DNA of 64,000 nucleotides, taken from Ranitomeya imitator. Its lineage: Eukaryota. The notes below the pieces were generated by a model. It ran no database searches. It saw nothing but the letters and a program-made list of their open reading frames with translations, and was not told the origin of the DNA. Below, in pieces: positions 1 through 16,061 of the stretch (positions are counted from its first letter, which is position 1; each line of letters begins with the position of its first letter). Location of the stretch: positions 203,422,001-203,486,000 of the forward strand of contig NC_091288.1 in the NCBI RefSeq assembly GCF_032444005.1, read 5' to 3'. The position numbers were made by a program, and so were the translations under genes.

Positions 1-294
1 ACTTCTAGTTATGTATTATGTATTGCCACAAGGATTTGTCTGCAGATGTCACATGACGTTGAACTCTACCTGCTGCAAAGCCAAAGTTGCCCCAACCCGC
101 CGGGGCCAGTGGGAGCGATCCACAATCTCATGTGACAAGGAAAAGGTGGGGCATGTTACATTTCAATACGCCCGATCCTTTTATTTTCTGGTAGCAGCTT
201 GCGCCCCTTTCTCCATAGAGGACACATGTAGTCTCTGCTGTACTGAGCATGCGCATGTGTGTGTTCTCAGAACGTTTTCCTAGCACCTTTTTAA

Positions 295-1427
295 AGGGAA
301 CCTGGCATGCTGCACATGATCTCTGCTCTCAGATTAATATTTTAGTGGGAAACTTTTCAGCAAAACTTGGAATTTATTAATTGTATGCTTAGGAATCCAG
401 TGGGCGGTCCTAGTATTGATTGATAGTCTTCCCTGTATGACTGTGCATCCATGCAGTAAGAGCTGTCAATCACTACTAGGACCGCCCACTGGACTCATGT
501 ATGCAAGCACCAAGGATTTCAGTGACTGTCAGTCTTCCCCAGGGGCGGACATATCATTGGTGCAACCTGTGCCGCCCCAGGGCCCAAGAGGTAAGGGGCC
601 ATTTATACCTCCAAAGCAGGTGCAACTTTTCATTTTTACTAGTTCTTGAGCAGTAAAGGGCCCATATATTGCTCTAGCGCAGGGGCCCTTAAGTGGCCTT
701 CCTTATATGACTGTGGATGTAAAGAGCTGTCAATCATTACTAGAACAGCCCACTGGACTCCTATGTATACAAACAGCAGGGATTTCAGTGATTGTCAGTT
801 TTCCCTGTGTGACTGTGCATGCAGAGAGCTGTCAATCACTGCTAGGACCGCCCACTGGACTCCTATGTATACAAACAGCAGGGATTTCAGTGATTGTCAG
901 TTTTCCCTGTGTGACTGTGCATGCAGAGAGCTGTCAATCACTGCTAGGACCGCCCACTGGACTCCTATGTATACAAACCCCAGGGATTTCAGTGATTGTC
1001 AGTTTTCCCTGTGTGACTGTGCATGCAGAGAGCTGTCAATCACTGCTAGGACCGCCCATTGGACTCCTATGTATACAAATACCAGGGATTACAGCGATTG
1101 TCAGTCTTCCCTGTGTGATTGTGCATGTAAGAGAGAGCTGTCAGTCACTAGTAGGACCGCCCACTGGACTCCTAAGCATGCAAACATCAGATATTTAAGT
1201 GACTATCAGTCTTCCCTGTACGGCTGTGCATGTAGACAGAGCTGTCAATCACTGGTAGGACCGCCCACTGGACTCCTAAGCATACAAACACCAGAGATTT
1301 CGATGAATACAATACAATTTCTCTGGAATCTTTTCCTATAAACCTATATATCACTCTGCTCAGCTTCTCCTTCTCTGTTCCGTTCTGTCCGCAGGTCGGA
1401 CCACATGTACGAGGTGACAGGTTCCCT
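295..1427. mobile_element. T2/Kolobok-type non-autonomous element (MITE) containing an internal 102-bp tandem array
   Basis: TTAA|AGGGAACCTG at 291-304 and CAGGTTCCCT|TTAA at 1418-1431: terminal inverted repeats with TTAA target duplication. No real ORF. Confidence 0.75.
690..1300. repeat. 102-bp tandem repeat, about 6 units, plus a partial unit near 400-540
   Basis: AATCACTGCTAGGACCGCCCACTGGACTCC recurs with ~102-bp period; gives a 34-aa periodicity in the ORF track. Confidence 0.9.
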
Positions 1428-2332
1428 TTAAGGCCCGCAGACACATAGTGCACCCTAGGGCGAGCGCTGCTTATCTCTGCGCGGCTCAGCTGCTATTACC
1501 GGGTTCTTCTGATTATTGCATCAGTGACACCGCTGATATTCCATCGTCGCACCGTCCGCGCCGGTCCGCCCAGTCATTCATTCAGCTCAGTGAGACGCGT
1601 GTTATTTCTATGGGGGGATCAGGTGCCCCTTATCTGGGGGTATTATGGGTTCAGTCCAGCCGGTCATTGCAGGCCGCATGTTTGCTGCATTTTTTAATGC
1701 TGTTTTTTCCAGTCCCAGGAAAAACTCTGAGATCTCAGAAATCTCACGCACGCGCTGGTTTCATTTTTTACCGATTGAATTGGAAAACGGCAGCGCGTCA
1801 TTTCATTCAGTGTTTTTTTTTTCACCCATAGAAAGCAATGAAAAAAACCCACTGTAAACATGCAGCAGTGAATCATCGGGGGGACACCGCCTAACAGTCA
1901 GAACATGCTGGGAGTTGTAGTTTGCAACATCTGGAGAGCCACAGGTTACAGATCCCAGCACTACAGGTATACGGCTCAATTCTTGTGTTAATACAGTGAC
2001 ACTAATAATCCAGAATGTCCAATAATCCGGAACAGAATTGAGGAGAATGGAGGTAAACCAGTTAGATGCTGAGATGTGAGATGTCTTCCGGATTCTCCTG
2101 GCAGGTTATAAGCCTGAATATTCGATAGTCCGGCAGCCTAATATCGGGTCTAGTTGGCGGACCCCAGTATACCAAATGTAGACGCCTAACACAAGGCATG
2201 GGGCAATCCTGGGAGGAAACATCCCCACATCCAGCACAGACTGCACCCAAGGTCACGGGATCTCTGGCCAAGGTGACTGCTCTATCATATAGAGGCTCGG
2301 AGTGGCCCCCCGGTGGGCCCCCGTGCAGACAC

Positions 2333-2776
2333 GGGCCCCCAACCCCACTGTATGGGCCCCCAACCCCTCTGTATGGGCCCCCAACCCCACTGTATGGGCC
2401 CCCAACCCCTCTGTATGGGCCCCCAACCCCAATGTATGGGCCCCCAACCCCACTGTATGGGCCCCCAACCCCATTGTATGGGCCCCCAACCCCTCTGTAT
2501 GGGCCCCCAACCCCACTGTATGGGCCCCCAACCCCACTGTATGGGCCCCCAACCCCACTGTATGGGCCCCCAACCCCATTGTATGGGCCCCCAACCCCTC
2601 TGTATGGGCCCCCAACCCCTCTGTATGGGCCCCCAACCCCTCTGTATGGGCCCCCAACCCCACTGTATGGGCCCCCAACTCCACTGTATGGGCCCCCAAC
2701 CCCTCTGTATGGGCCCCCAACCCCTCTGTATGGGCCCCCAACCCCTCTGTATGGGCCCCCAACCCCACTGTATGGG
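2333..2776. repeat. 21-bp minisatellite (GGGCCCCCAACCCCWCTGTAT) x ~21
   Basis: Directly visible; explains the 7-aa periodic ORFs in all frames. Confidence 0.97.
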
Positions 2777-3134
2777 CAGTACTTGGCATAATTCACATGA
2801 TTTACTCTGCACAGAAAAAAAAGCAGCATCTCATCATTCATTAACCAAAATACATTTGTGAACATGGGTAGAGTAATATTTGCCCGCAGGTGAAAACTGG
2901 GCCCCCAAAGTCATTGTTACTGGTGGGCCCTTGGCAGCCCAGGCCGACACTGACCATACATAGGTGGTCTTTGAAGAGTTAATTGTGGACTTCCAAAAGC
3001 ATGTGTTTCTCTATGACAGCTGGCCCTCACCATACTGGGACTCAAGGTCACAACCAGCATTGGCCAGAAGATGACAGATTGTAGGGCTGTAAACTGACAT
3101 TCTGCGATAAATCTTATAAGATCAGCTTTAAGAT

Positions 3135-3465
3135 GTGAGAGATAAATAAATAACACATAATAGATAATATATAGATGAGAGATAATAGAGAGATAATAGA
3201 TAGATGATAGATATAGATAGATAGATAATATATATGATAGATAATAGATATAGATAGATAAGAGATAATAGACAGACAGATGATAGATAATAGATGGATA
3301 ATAGAGATAATAGATAGATGATAGATAATAGAGATAATAGATAGATAATATATAAATGATAGATAATATAGATAATAGATAGATAATAAAGATAATAGAT
3401 GATAGATAATAATAGATAATAGATGATAGATAGATAATAGATAAATGATAGATAATAGATATTGG
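3135..3465. repeat. Degenerate (GATA)n simple repeat
   Basis: GATA/GATAATA-rich low-complexity tract. Confidence 0.9.
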
Positions 3466-3928
3466 GTGGAATGATAGCGATGAATGATAGTGTTATTAGA
3501 TGATGGACACACTGAGCACAAAGACCCTCATGGATGTCAGTGTTTTTCGGATCTTTGTTTCGCTGCCATAACTTGGGCTTATTTGCTTGATTTCCCCCCA
3601 GCCCGGTCCTGCGCACAGAATCCATATTGTCGGGGCGATGGTCTGTTCTGTTTTCTTGACATAGATTAATAGATGAGTAAAACCCCAATAATTGTTGGAA
3701 ATCTCTTATCAGTTTTGCCGATCAGGAAACAGCCCTGAGACCTCCCCGGAATGACCTTCAGTGAAGGACGTCCTTGGAGACTTGGATGTGGCGGAGATTT
3801 CCCAGCATGCTTCGCTCATTGACAGAATTTGGGAATTCTGGGATTACTTCTTTTCATCAGCCGGAATCCATCACATTGTCCCGTTATTCTTAGAGCCGGG
3901 ATTTGGCTGGAAACTTTGCAAACTTTTA

Positions 3929-4290
3929 GGCTATGTGCACACTTTGCAGATTCCACTGCGGATTTTTCCGCAGTGGAATTCCAAAATCCGCAGTGAAAAC
4001 CCGTTGCGGTTTTTACTGCGGATTTATCGCGGTATTTACTGCGGTTTCTTCTGCGGATTTTCATCTGCAGTTTCCTATTGGAGCAGGTGAAAATCCGCAG
4101 AAAATAAGTGTCATGCTGCGGAATGTAAACCACAGCGTTTCCGCGTGGTTTTTTCTGCAGCATGTGGACTGCGTTTTTTGTTTCTCATAGGTTTACATTG
4201 TACTGTAAACTCATGGGAAACTGCTGCAGATCCGCAGCGGTCAAATCGGCTGCGGATCCGCAGCAAAATCCGCAAAGTGTGAATATAGCC
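3929..4290. mobile_element. PIF/Harbinger-type palindromic MITE
   Basis: TTA|GGCTATGTGCACAC ... GTGTGAATATAGCC|TTA; 3-bp TTA duplication; internal inverted TGCGGATTT repeats. Confidence 0.75.
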
Positions 4291-4480
4291 TTAAAAAGCA
4301 GCGGAAAGTCTCTTTATTGAAAGTGTAAGGCTGTGTGCACACAGGGATTCTCTGACCAGGGCAAAAATGACGATTGTTATAGTGGAAACGGCTTCAGGAC
4401 ATGCTTCAGTGAGGGGTTTTTGCGTTACCTGAAGTGATTTTGAAGATTTTTTCCATCAGGAGCCGATTCACAGAACGGAC

Positions 4481-5163
4481 AGAACCCAAAAGTCATTTAT
4501 CTCAGTAAATTAGAATACTTTACAACACCAGCTTGAAATAGATTTTAAAATCTGAAATATTGGCCTCCTGAAATGTATGATCAGTAAATGCACTCAATAC
4601 TTGGTCGCGGCTCCTTTTGCATCAATTACTGCATCAATGCGGCGTGGCATGGAGGCGATCAGCATGTGGCACTGCTGAGGGGTTATGGAAGCCCAGGTTG
4701 CTTTGACAGTAGCCTTCAGCATTGTTGGGTCTGGTGTCTCTCATCTTCCTCTTGACAATATCCCATAGATTCTCTATGGGGTTAAGGTCAGGCGAGTTTG
4801 CTGCCAATCCAGCCCAGTGATACTGTTGTTTGTGCACCAGGTATTGGTGCTTTTTCCTTCCACTCAACTTTCCATTAATATGCTTGGATACAGCACTCTG
4901 TGAGCAGCCAGCTTCTTTATCAATGACATTTTGTGGCTTCCCCTCCTTGTGGAATGTGTCAATGACGCCTTCTGGACATCTGTCAGGTCAGCAGTCTTCC
5001 CCATGATTGTGGAGCTACTGAAACAGATTAAGGGACCTTTATAAATGCTTAGGAGCCTTTGCAGGTGTTTTTGTTAATTATTCTAATTTACTGAGATAAT
5101 GACTTTTGGGTTTTCATTGGCTGTAAGCCATAATCATCAACATCAACAGAAATAAACACTTGA
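4481..5163 (-). mobile_element. Internally deleted, degraded Tc1 element
   Basis: Minus-strand remnant WAGLAANSPDLNPIENLWDIVKRKMRDTRPN (ORF 4634-4867) resembles the C-terminus of the intact transposase at 56733. Inverted ends AAAAGTCATTTATCTCAGTAAATTAGAAT / ATTCTAATTTACTGAGATAATGACTTTT. Confidence 0.8.
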
Positions 5164-6296
5164 AAAAGCGTACAAGTACTGATGGAAAACACTGACCAAA
5201 TACTGAACATGTGAACGCGGCCTAAGTGTATGCGCACAATGAGTCTTTTTCTTGAGTTTTTGGAGAACAAAATGAGCCGGGGAAAAAAAAACCTCTCTAA
5301 AATTTTCCTAAGAAACTCTTGAGTTTTCGCCCAGTTTCTGCCCCCAAAATGCAGCAAAACACTCAAAGTCTGCACATACCCCAACTCTCCAAGTAAAACT
5401 AGTGTTTTTTTTAACACCTTGTGTTTTTTTTTGGCGAGTTTCTGCTCCAAAAACTCAGCAAAAAGAAACAAAAAAAACCTTTAGGTTTGTGCAAGGGTGG
5501 TTTTTTTTTTCTTTTGCAAGGGATTCATTTTTAAGAAAAAAAAAAGCCTGAAAAAAATGCTTTAAAAAAACCCTTGAAAGGATTCCATCAGGATTTTCTT
5601 TAAAGAAATTACAAAATATTTTTCAAAACTTGTCTGGGTGAAATAAAAGTTCAAAAAAGCAGCTCATCTCATGAACAGCAAAGTGGATTTTCCAGAGAAA
5701 TTAATTGGAAAACTTTTCAAGAACTTTTTTTAAGGAGGATTTTGTGGAGGATCCGCTACAAAAAGCCCCTCTGTGCACACCTGCATATTAGGGTACGTTC
5801 ACATTTGACTTTGTCTAATCCACAAGAACCACCAGACGACTTCTCACGGCGCTGCCGTCACTGGATGCCGCTGGCAGCTTTTCTTTTTGGACGGTTTTAT
5901 AATGGAAGCCCACTTTGGTTTTCTACATATATCTGTTTTATTTAATATTTGTTTTCTTGGTGCAATATTTCTCCGGAACTCTTCATTGTGCCATTCCTCT
6001 GTTATTCCCCCTGGAACCGTAGTCATAAATCGATCACTTGTCGCCGCGCACTACACAATAGGGGTTGAAAATGTTATCCTACATTTCCAGGAGGAATAAC
6101 AGAGGAACTGCACAGCCCCAAGCTATAACCAGTGCTTCAGAATATTATTTCAACGGGTATAGAATAAACAAGCAAAATAATCACTGATTTGTATCGCAGA
6201 TGCTGCTTTTCCACCCCCCAAAAAAAACACCCATGCGAAAGAAAGCACAAATGGGACTTGCAACAAAATGTGCACTGTCACTTTAAAAAGCCGTAA

Positions 6297-10526
<4,230 letters not shown>

Positions 10527-11310
10527 CCCAAAGCATCAAAATATCGGCCTTAAAACTTTACATTCATTTTTTTATATATATAAATACGTATTGTGTATTG
10601 GATATCTATATTAAAAAAATAAAACTCACCTGATAGACTCCTTTTAATACTTTTTTTTTTTTTAATTAATTCTTATTCAGTGATCAGAGCCGAAATTCCA
10701 GATTAGTTTAGGAAGAAAAGTATAAAGAAAAAAAATTCTGAAGTTTTAATATATTTATAAAGAAAACAAAACTAATTTCTGATTGGACAAAACTTTTGGG
10801 TTTTTTTTGTAAGTGTGGGGCTCCCTCCTGTGGACACTTGTGGTAATGCACTAATATTAATTTTGATTTATACAGTATAATCATTAGTGATTAGATTTTA
10901 TAAATAATTTTCGCTGGGTCCTGTAGATTTAAATAAAGATCTCAACTTAATGCAAGATTCCAGTAGATTACAGTTGACCAAAAAGACACACAGGACCCTA
11001 GCGTTGTGTGCACTTTGGTACCACTTGGCAGCCGGACCAGGGCTTTATTGTTCAGACCTCAAATGCTGTCATTTTGAGCACCTCAAATATTTTTTTCTCA
11101 GTTCTACTTCTAGATTTTCCCACTTTGCTGAAAGACCTCACTGATGGATTGAAAGAGAGAAAATAAAAAATAAAGATTGAAAGAAAGTGGAGCAAATTGG
11201 AATTTTTATTTATTTTTACCAATCAAAAGTAAAGATAAAAATAGCGTATCTATAATTTCCATTGAATAAAAAAAATTATAAAATACTTAATTGATATAGT
11301 ATAAGGAAAA

Positions 11311-11485
11311 GCTGTAACGGCCGTTTCGCGCCCTCCTGGAGCCTTCTCAGGAAGGGGCGAAACGGCCGTCAGGCCTGCCGCACTCTTTATACCTGTACCC
11401 CCGGCCGTGAAGACTTTCATCCTGTAAGTAATAAAGATACCTGTCTTGGAAGGATCGGTGAGTGCTGCCTTTCTTTATCTTCGTT
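11311..11485 (+). mobile_element. Penelope-like element pLTR remnant with a degenerate minimal hammerhead motif
   Basis: GAAACGGCCGTC at 11359-11370, inverted partner at 11317-11329, AATAAA at 11430-11435, GTGAGTGC at 11458-11465. Confidence 0.5.
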
Positions 11486-11863
11486 GGATGGATATATATA
11501 TAATCGCTTAAAATGGTTTTCACTACATTTCCAAAACCAGTAAATTGCGTAATTTGTACCACAATGTTAAAAATTAACACTTCAGCCAGTCCTTATTAGA
11601 AAAGGTTAACAAATTCTGAATTAATAGGGGCCCTGCTCTCTACTTATAGAGTGGCGATCGACTCTGGAGGACCCAGTCTATGTAATACGTCATTTCTCCT
11701 GTGGGGGCACTGCAGATAAATTGTACACTTGATAGTTTACCTTACAGATTACTGTTGATCTCTGAGGATTCCAGTAGGAAGATATCCTGTGATCAGTTTG
11801 TTGTCGAGGGACCTTTTTAAACAAAAGTGATTGTAGAAAGTGAATTGGTCTTTCCTGACTTCA

Positions 11864-12309
11864 TAAATGGGTATTGTTGGATAGAGCATGTAAAAACCAG
11901 CACTCTTGCAATTTCCTGCTTGTTAAAATTTTCAACCATTCTTGAAATTGTAAACCAAAGAAAAGTGTTACGGTTGGTTGCCTGGGAGACCGACCACCGC
12001 TGCTAGAGAGTAGAAGATGCACAGTGCTTACAAGCTCTTATCTATTGAGCTTGTAAGCACTGCTTTGAAGCTGTCCAGGATTAAAGGAGCTCACCGTTAC
12101 CTTTTAATCCCAGTCAGATTCAGCACAGCGCTTACAAGTTAGACAGCAGCGGTGGTCGGTCTCCAAGGCAACAACCTGTAAACAAAATAAAAGTGTTAAT
12201 ATCTCCAAAACGGGTGCAAATTTTAACAAGCAGTAAATTGCAAAAGTGCTTGTTATTTCTAGCTCTATCTGACAATATCACATCTATGAAGATGGGAATA
12301 ACCCTTTAA
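11864..12309. mobile_element. T2/Kolobok-type palindromic MITE (boundaries approximate)
   Basis: Inverted arms GGTTGCCTGGGAGACCGACCACCGCTGCT / AGCAGCGGTGGTCGGTCTCCAAGGCAAC; right end ACCCT|TTAA. Confidence 0.6.
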
Positions 12310-12352
12310 CGGGTGGAGTTTTGCATTTTCCACTACCACACATTTATTTTTA

Positions 12353-12700
12353 GGCTGTGTGCACACGATGCGGATTTGCTGCAGATCCGCAGCGGATTTT
12401 TCTGCGCAGAAACGCTGCAGATCCGCACTTTGATTTACAGAACAATGTAAATCAATGGGTAAAAAAATAAGTTGTGCGGAATTGCTGCAGATTTAAAAGA
12501 AGTGCATGTCACTTCTTTTGTGCGGATCTGCAGCGTTTCTGCACCCCTCCATGATAGAAATCCGCAGTGGCAAAAACTGCAGAAAATCCACACAAAATCT
12601 GCATAAAAGCCGCTGCAAATCCGCGGCTGCGGATTCTGCCAGGAGATGCGGATTTTGTGCAGAAAATTCTGCACCACATTTCCTACGTGTGCACATAGCC
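12353..12700. mobile_element. PIF/Harbinger-type palindromic MITE
   Basis: TTA|GGCTGTGTGCACAC ... GTGTGCACATAGCC|TCA; same family as 3929-4290. Confidence 0.7.
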
Positions 12701-12831
12701 TCACTTACACCTGAATATTTTACCAGTTTATGTATCCGGTTTATAATTGAGACATGAGACGGTATCGAAATAGTAGTTGATCACTGATCGATCGCCAGCA
12801 TTTGGATAAAAAGCTACAATTTCGACTATTT

Positions 12832-15575
12832 TCAGTCCTGAAATCGGTTCAGCATCTGACATGTTCCCTTTTCCAACATGTCTCTGACCTTCCTCAGTCT
12901 CTTCTCATTAGCAGGCCGGACATAGCTTGAGGGTCCTAATAAAGCCATGCCATCTTGTACTTCACCCATGATCAAGAGCTGATTGTCCCCTGAACCCGCA
13001 TGACCGCTGCATGCGCACCCCCCACCTCCATTGTCGCCCAGCGTCACTTCCAAGTACTTGGTATGGAAAAGTCGCAGACCCATGTATTCATCCTTTAGTA
13101 CTTCTATGAGGACCACCCGCAGCACTCGTTCCTCCCCAGAATCCTCCAACCTTCCCACAATCACAAAGTCGCTACGGCACAAGCTAGGCACAAGTCGTCC
13201 TCGTAGATGGCACCCCTGGCACTGCTTAGCACGTGGCAGGGGGCAACGATCATCACACGCTTGCCTGCTCTCAAAATTGTTTTGGTTGCCATTGCACCCA
13301 CCGTAAATGAATGAAAAGCACTGGTGCATGTGAGGACTGTAAGCCCACCTCCACTGCAGGGCCTTGCATGGTCCTCTTACAGGTGGTAATGTACAAAGTT
13401 CCGGTGGCCGAGGCTGGCATGACGAGTGGCACTCTTCATAAGTTTGGAAGACATTGGTACCACCTGGGCACCCCTTATAGAAGGTCTGGCAGTCCCCACT
13501 TTGGGAATCGTAGAACCAACGAAGGACCCTAAGATCTTGGCAATCTCTATGATCCGGAGGCTTGAGGCATTCAGATGGGAGAACTGGTCGGCGGCTATTG
13601 GCACCCCCCTTCATCACAACAGAGAGCGGGAACTGTGCCCGGAGAAGTCCGGCAGCATTACGTGCCATGCAAACGTACACGCCGGCATCTTCTGGACGGG
13701 CGTTGTAGATGACAAGCTGGCCAGAGTTTGTAACCACAAGATTGCCGTACATCTGGTCTGGGCGCATGAGCAGTGCAGCAGGGCCTTCACCCAACTTTTC
13801 CCAAAGGATCTCAGGTCGTGGGCGCCCACTAGACTCACACTGTAGCCCCACGGTACCACCCACAGTCACAGATTGCGGTGCGGGTGAATGGTACAAGGCT
13901 GGTGGCACTGGCACTTCCAGAGGTGTTGATGGCTGGGTTGGTTGGAGGGTGGTTTCAGAAGGCGGTGTAGTAGTGAGTGGCCAAGAAGACACAAATTTGC
14001 ATGGCACTTCAACCAACGTGATGCCCCTGGCACAGGCCTCCGCATCCATGTAGCAGCGATTGTAGTAAGTCAGACCATCCGAGGCACAGGTGAACCCCGG
14101 CTGCTTCCCACATCGTTCCCGACAGCGGCAGATGGGACGCCCTTCCCAAATCTCACAGACAGATCCCTGCTGAGAACAGAGAAAATCAGCACAGGTGGCA
14201 GGATGGATGGGCCCGGGAGCTGGCAGGCCAGAATCAGGGTAGCGGGCAGCAACGCAGCTCTGCTGCCCACACACGTTGGTGCAGCATTTCTCAAAGGGTT
14301 CACAATCCTGAAAAGAAAGATGGGGAGCTGTCATTATACAGAAGGAGCCATCACCCATCACTCTCTAATCATTTAACCTCCTACGGTATTTTCGTTCTCC
14401 CCCTGACATCTTATCTGGTTGACATCTCCTCCTTAGTATCTTATTTTATCTGGTGCTCTCTGATGATGCTAGGAGTTGTAGTTACACAACATGGGGAGTC
14501 ACGGCTTGAAGACTTCTGATCTTGTGTTCTTTCATTTATATATTTCCAGAACTCATGGTCCTTTCTTATGGAATCAATAACGTATAACAAATATGTTGCA
14601 CAAATTTCTACATCGCCAAGAATATAACACGTTCCTAGCACAGACCGACAGATGTATAGATAGAAGACAAATGTAGACACAGATATGAAAGGGACAGGTA
14701 TGAGATAGATGAATGGACCGATTGACTGACAGACACATAGATACCTAGATGGACAGATTGAAGATCGACTTTTTTTTACTTTCAAAACTTATTTTGGTTC
14801 TATTATGGAACGATAGATTGGATCGATATAGATAGATTAGATAAATGGATGGATCGATAACAGACATTGATTGAAGATAGAAGACAGATATGAAAGGAAT
14901 AGATGAGATAGATGAACGGACTGATTGATGGACAAATAGATACATAGATGGACTGATTGATTACAGATAGACTTGTTAACTTTCTAAAGTTCAAAGGTTT
15001 GGTTCAATAATAAAACAATAGATTAGATAATAGACAGATAATAGATATATGAAAAGATGGATAGATGATAGATAATAGATACATGGAAGGATAGATAGAT
15101 GATGGATAGAGCAGACTGTCTAGACACAAAGTTAATGTTACACATACAGATGTAGCAGAAGTGAATTTGGAATTTATCGTTATGAGACCTGGAAATGTAT
15201 CCGCTTTATCTTCAGTCTTACGTATATCCACAGAGATACCATAGTAAGCTGTGCCAAGCGTTAGCTCACCTCTGCTACATCTGTCCATATTAGCAGGACA
15301 GGAGGATGCAATATTCAGTCTCTTTGATCCATATTTTTCGGATAGAATAAAATCAAATGCACATTCCAGAATAAATTGCATTCAGGGGCATAAAGCGGGT
15401 TTAGTGGCGTTCTTACCTGATCGGCTTCACATTCCCTCTCACAGGTGCTCTGGGCGTCCACCCACAAGTTGGCATTCAGCTGGTTAGGGCAGATGCCAAA
15501 GTGCCCCCTGGCTGCGGTGGAGCTAACCAGCTGGGCTTGTAGGAAGAGCAGAACAATACCTAGTGTAGCCCTCAT
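12832..15575 (-). CDS. WFIKKN1: WAP, follistatin/Kazal, Ig, Kunitz x2 and NTR domain protein 1 (GASP-2), 2 coding exons, 544 aa
   Basis: Exon 1 15575-15417 (MRATLGIVLL...CPNQLNANLWVDAQSTCERECEADQ, donor GTAAGA); exon 2 14307-12832 (DCEPFEKCC...LNRFQD*). Domain order, the C-terminal NRFQD and the position between RAB40C and METTL26 indicate WFIKKN1 rather than WFIKKN2. Confidence 0.95.
14655..15105. repeat. Degenerate (GATA)n-rich simple repeat in the WFIKKN1 intron
   Basis: GATA/GATG/GACA low-complexity tract. Confidence 0.8.
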
Positions 15576-16053
15576 AGCTAGAGGTGGAGATCGCGCACAT
15601 GTATGTGCTGCGCCACGCGTCCCGGGTGCCATGTGTAATGCATGCGTTGTCTGTCATTGGCACGTCAGCTCTGGTTCTGCGTGTATTATGTATTGGATGG
15701 CGATATTACATAATAATAGGAATGGGATATGTAGGACTGGAGCTTGGCATGTTGTAAGCATGTAGCATGGTCCATGTCCGTGCCAGCGTTGCACATTTGT
15801 GGTCGCTGAGTATATCTAGGGGCATCTAACTTTTCCTTCAGAAAGTAAGCGTGCCAAGTGACTCAGAGTGCCATCCTAGAGCCTGGGCATCTGGTGGGCA
15901 CAGTCTCCAGAGTGCTGTGCGACGTGCCCAGTCTCTCGCCTCTTGTCCTCCTTTCACCCGCCCCTGATGTGGGACAGGAGAACTTTCTAAACAGGATCCT
16001 GGATGGGAGGGAGCAGACCCTGTGTCTGTGTGAGGAGGGGGGTAGTGAGTCTG

Positions 16054-16061
16054 TTTTTATA
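16054..16061 (-). promoter_or_regulatory. Candidate TATA box for WFIKKN1
   Basis: Minus strand CCCCTATAAAAA about 480 bp upstream of the ATG; position plausible but TSS unverified. Confidence 0.3.

Noticed and set aside
2062-2865. (LYGPPTP)n, (GVGGPYS)n and related ORFs resembling structural proteins
   Set aside because: They are open in nearly all six frames because of a 21-bp minisatellite.
15576-15632. Upstream in-frame ATG extending WFIKKN1 by 19 aa (MAPGTRGAAH...)
   Set aside because: MRATLGIVLLFL at 15575 gives a normal signal peptide and a length comparable to orthologues. The extension cannot be excluded but is unsupported.
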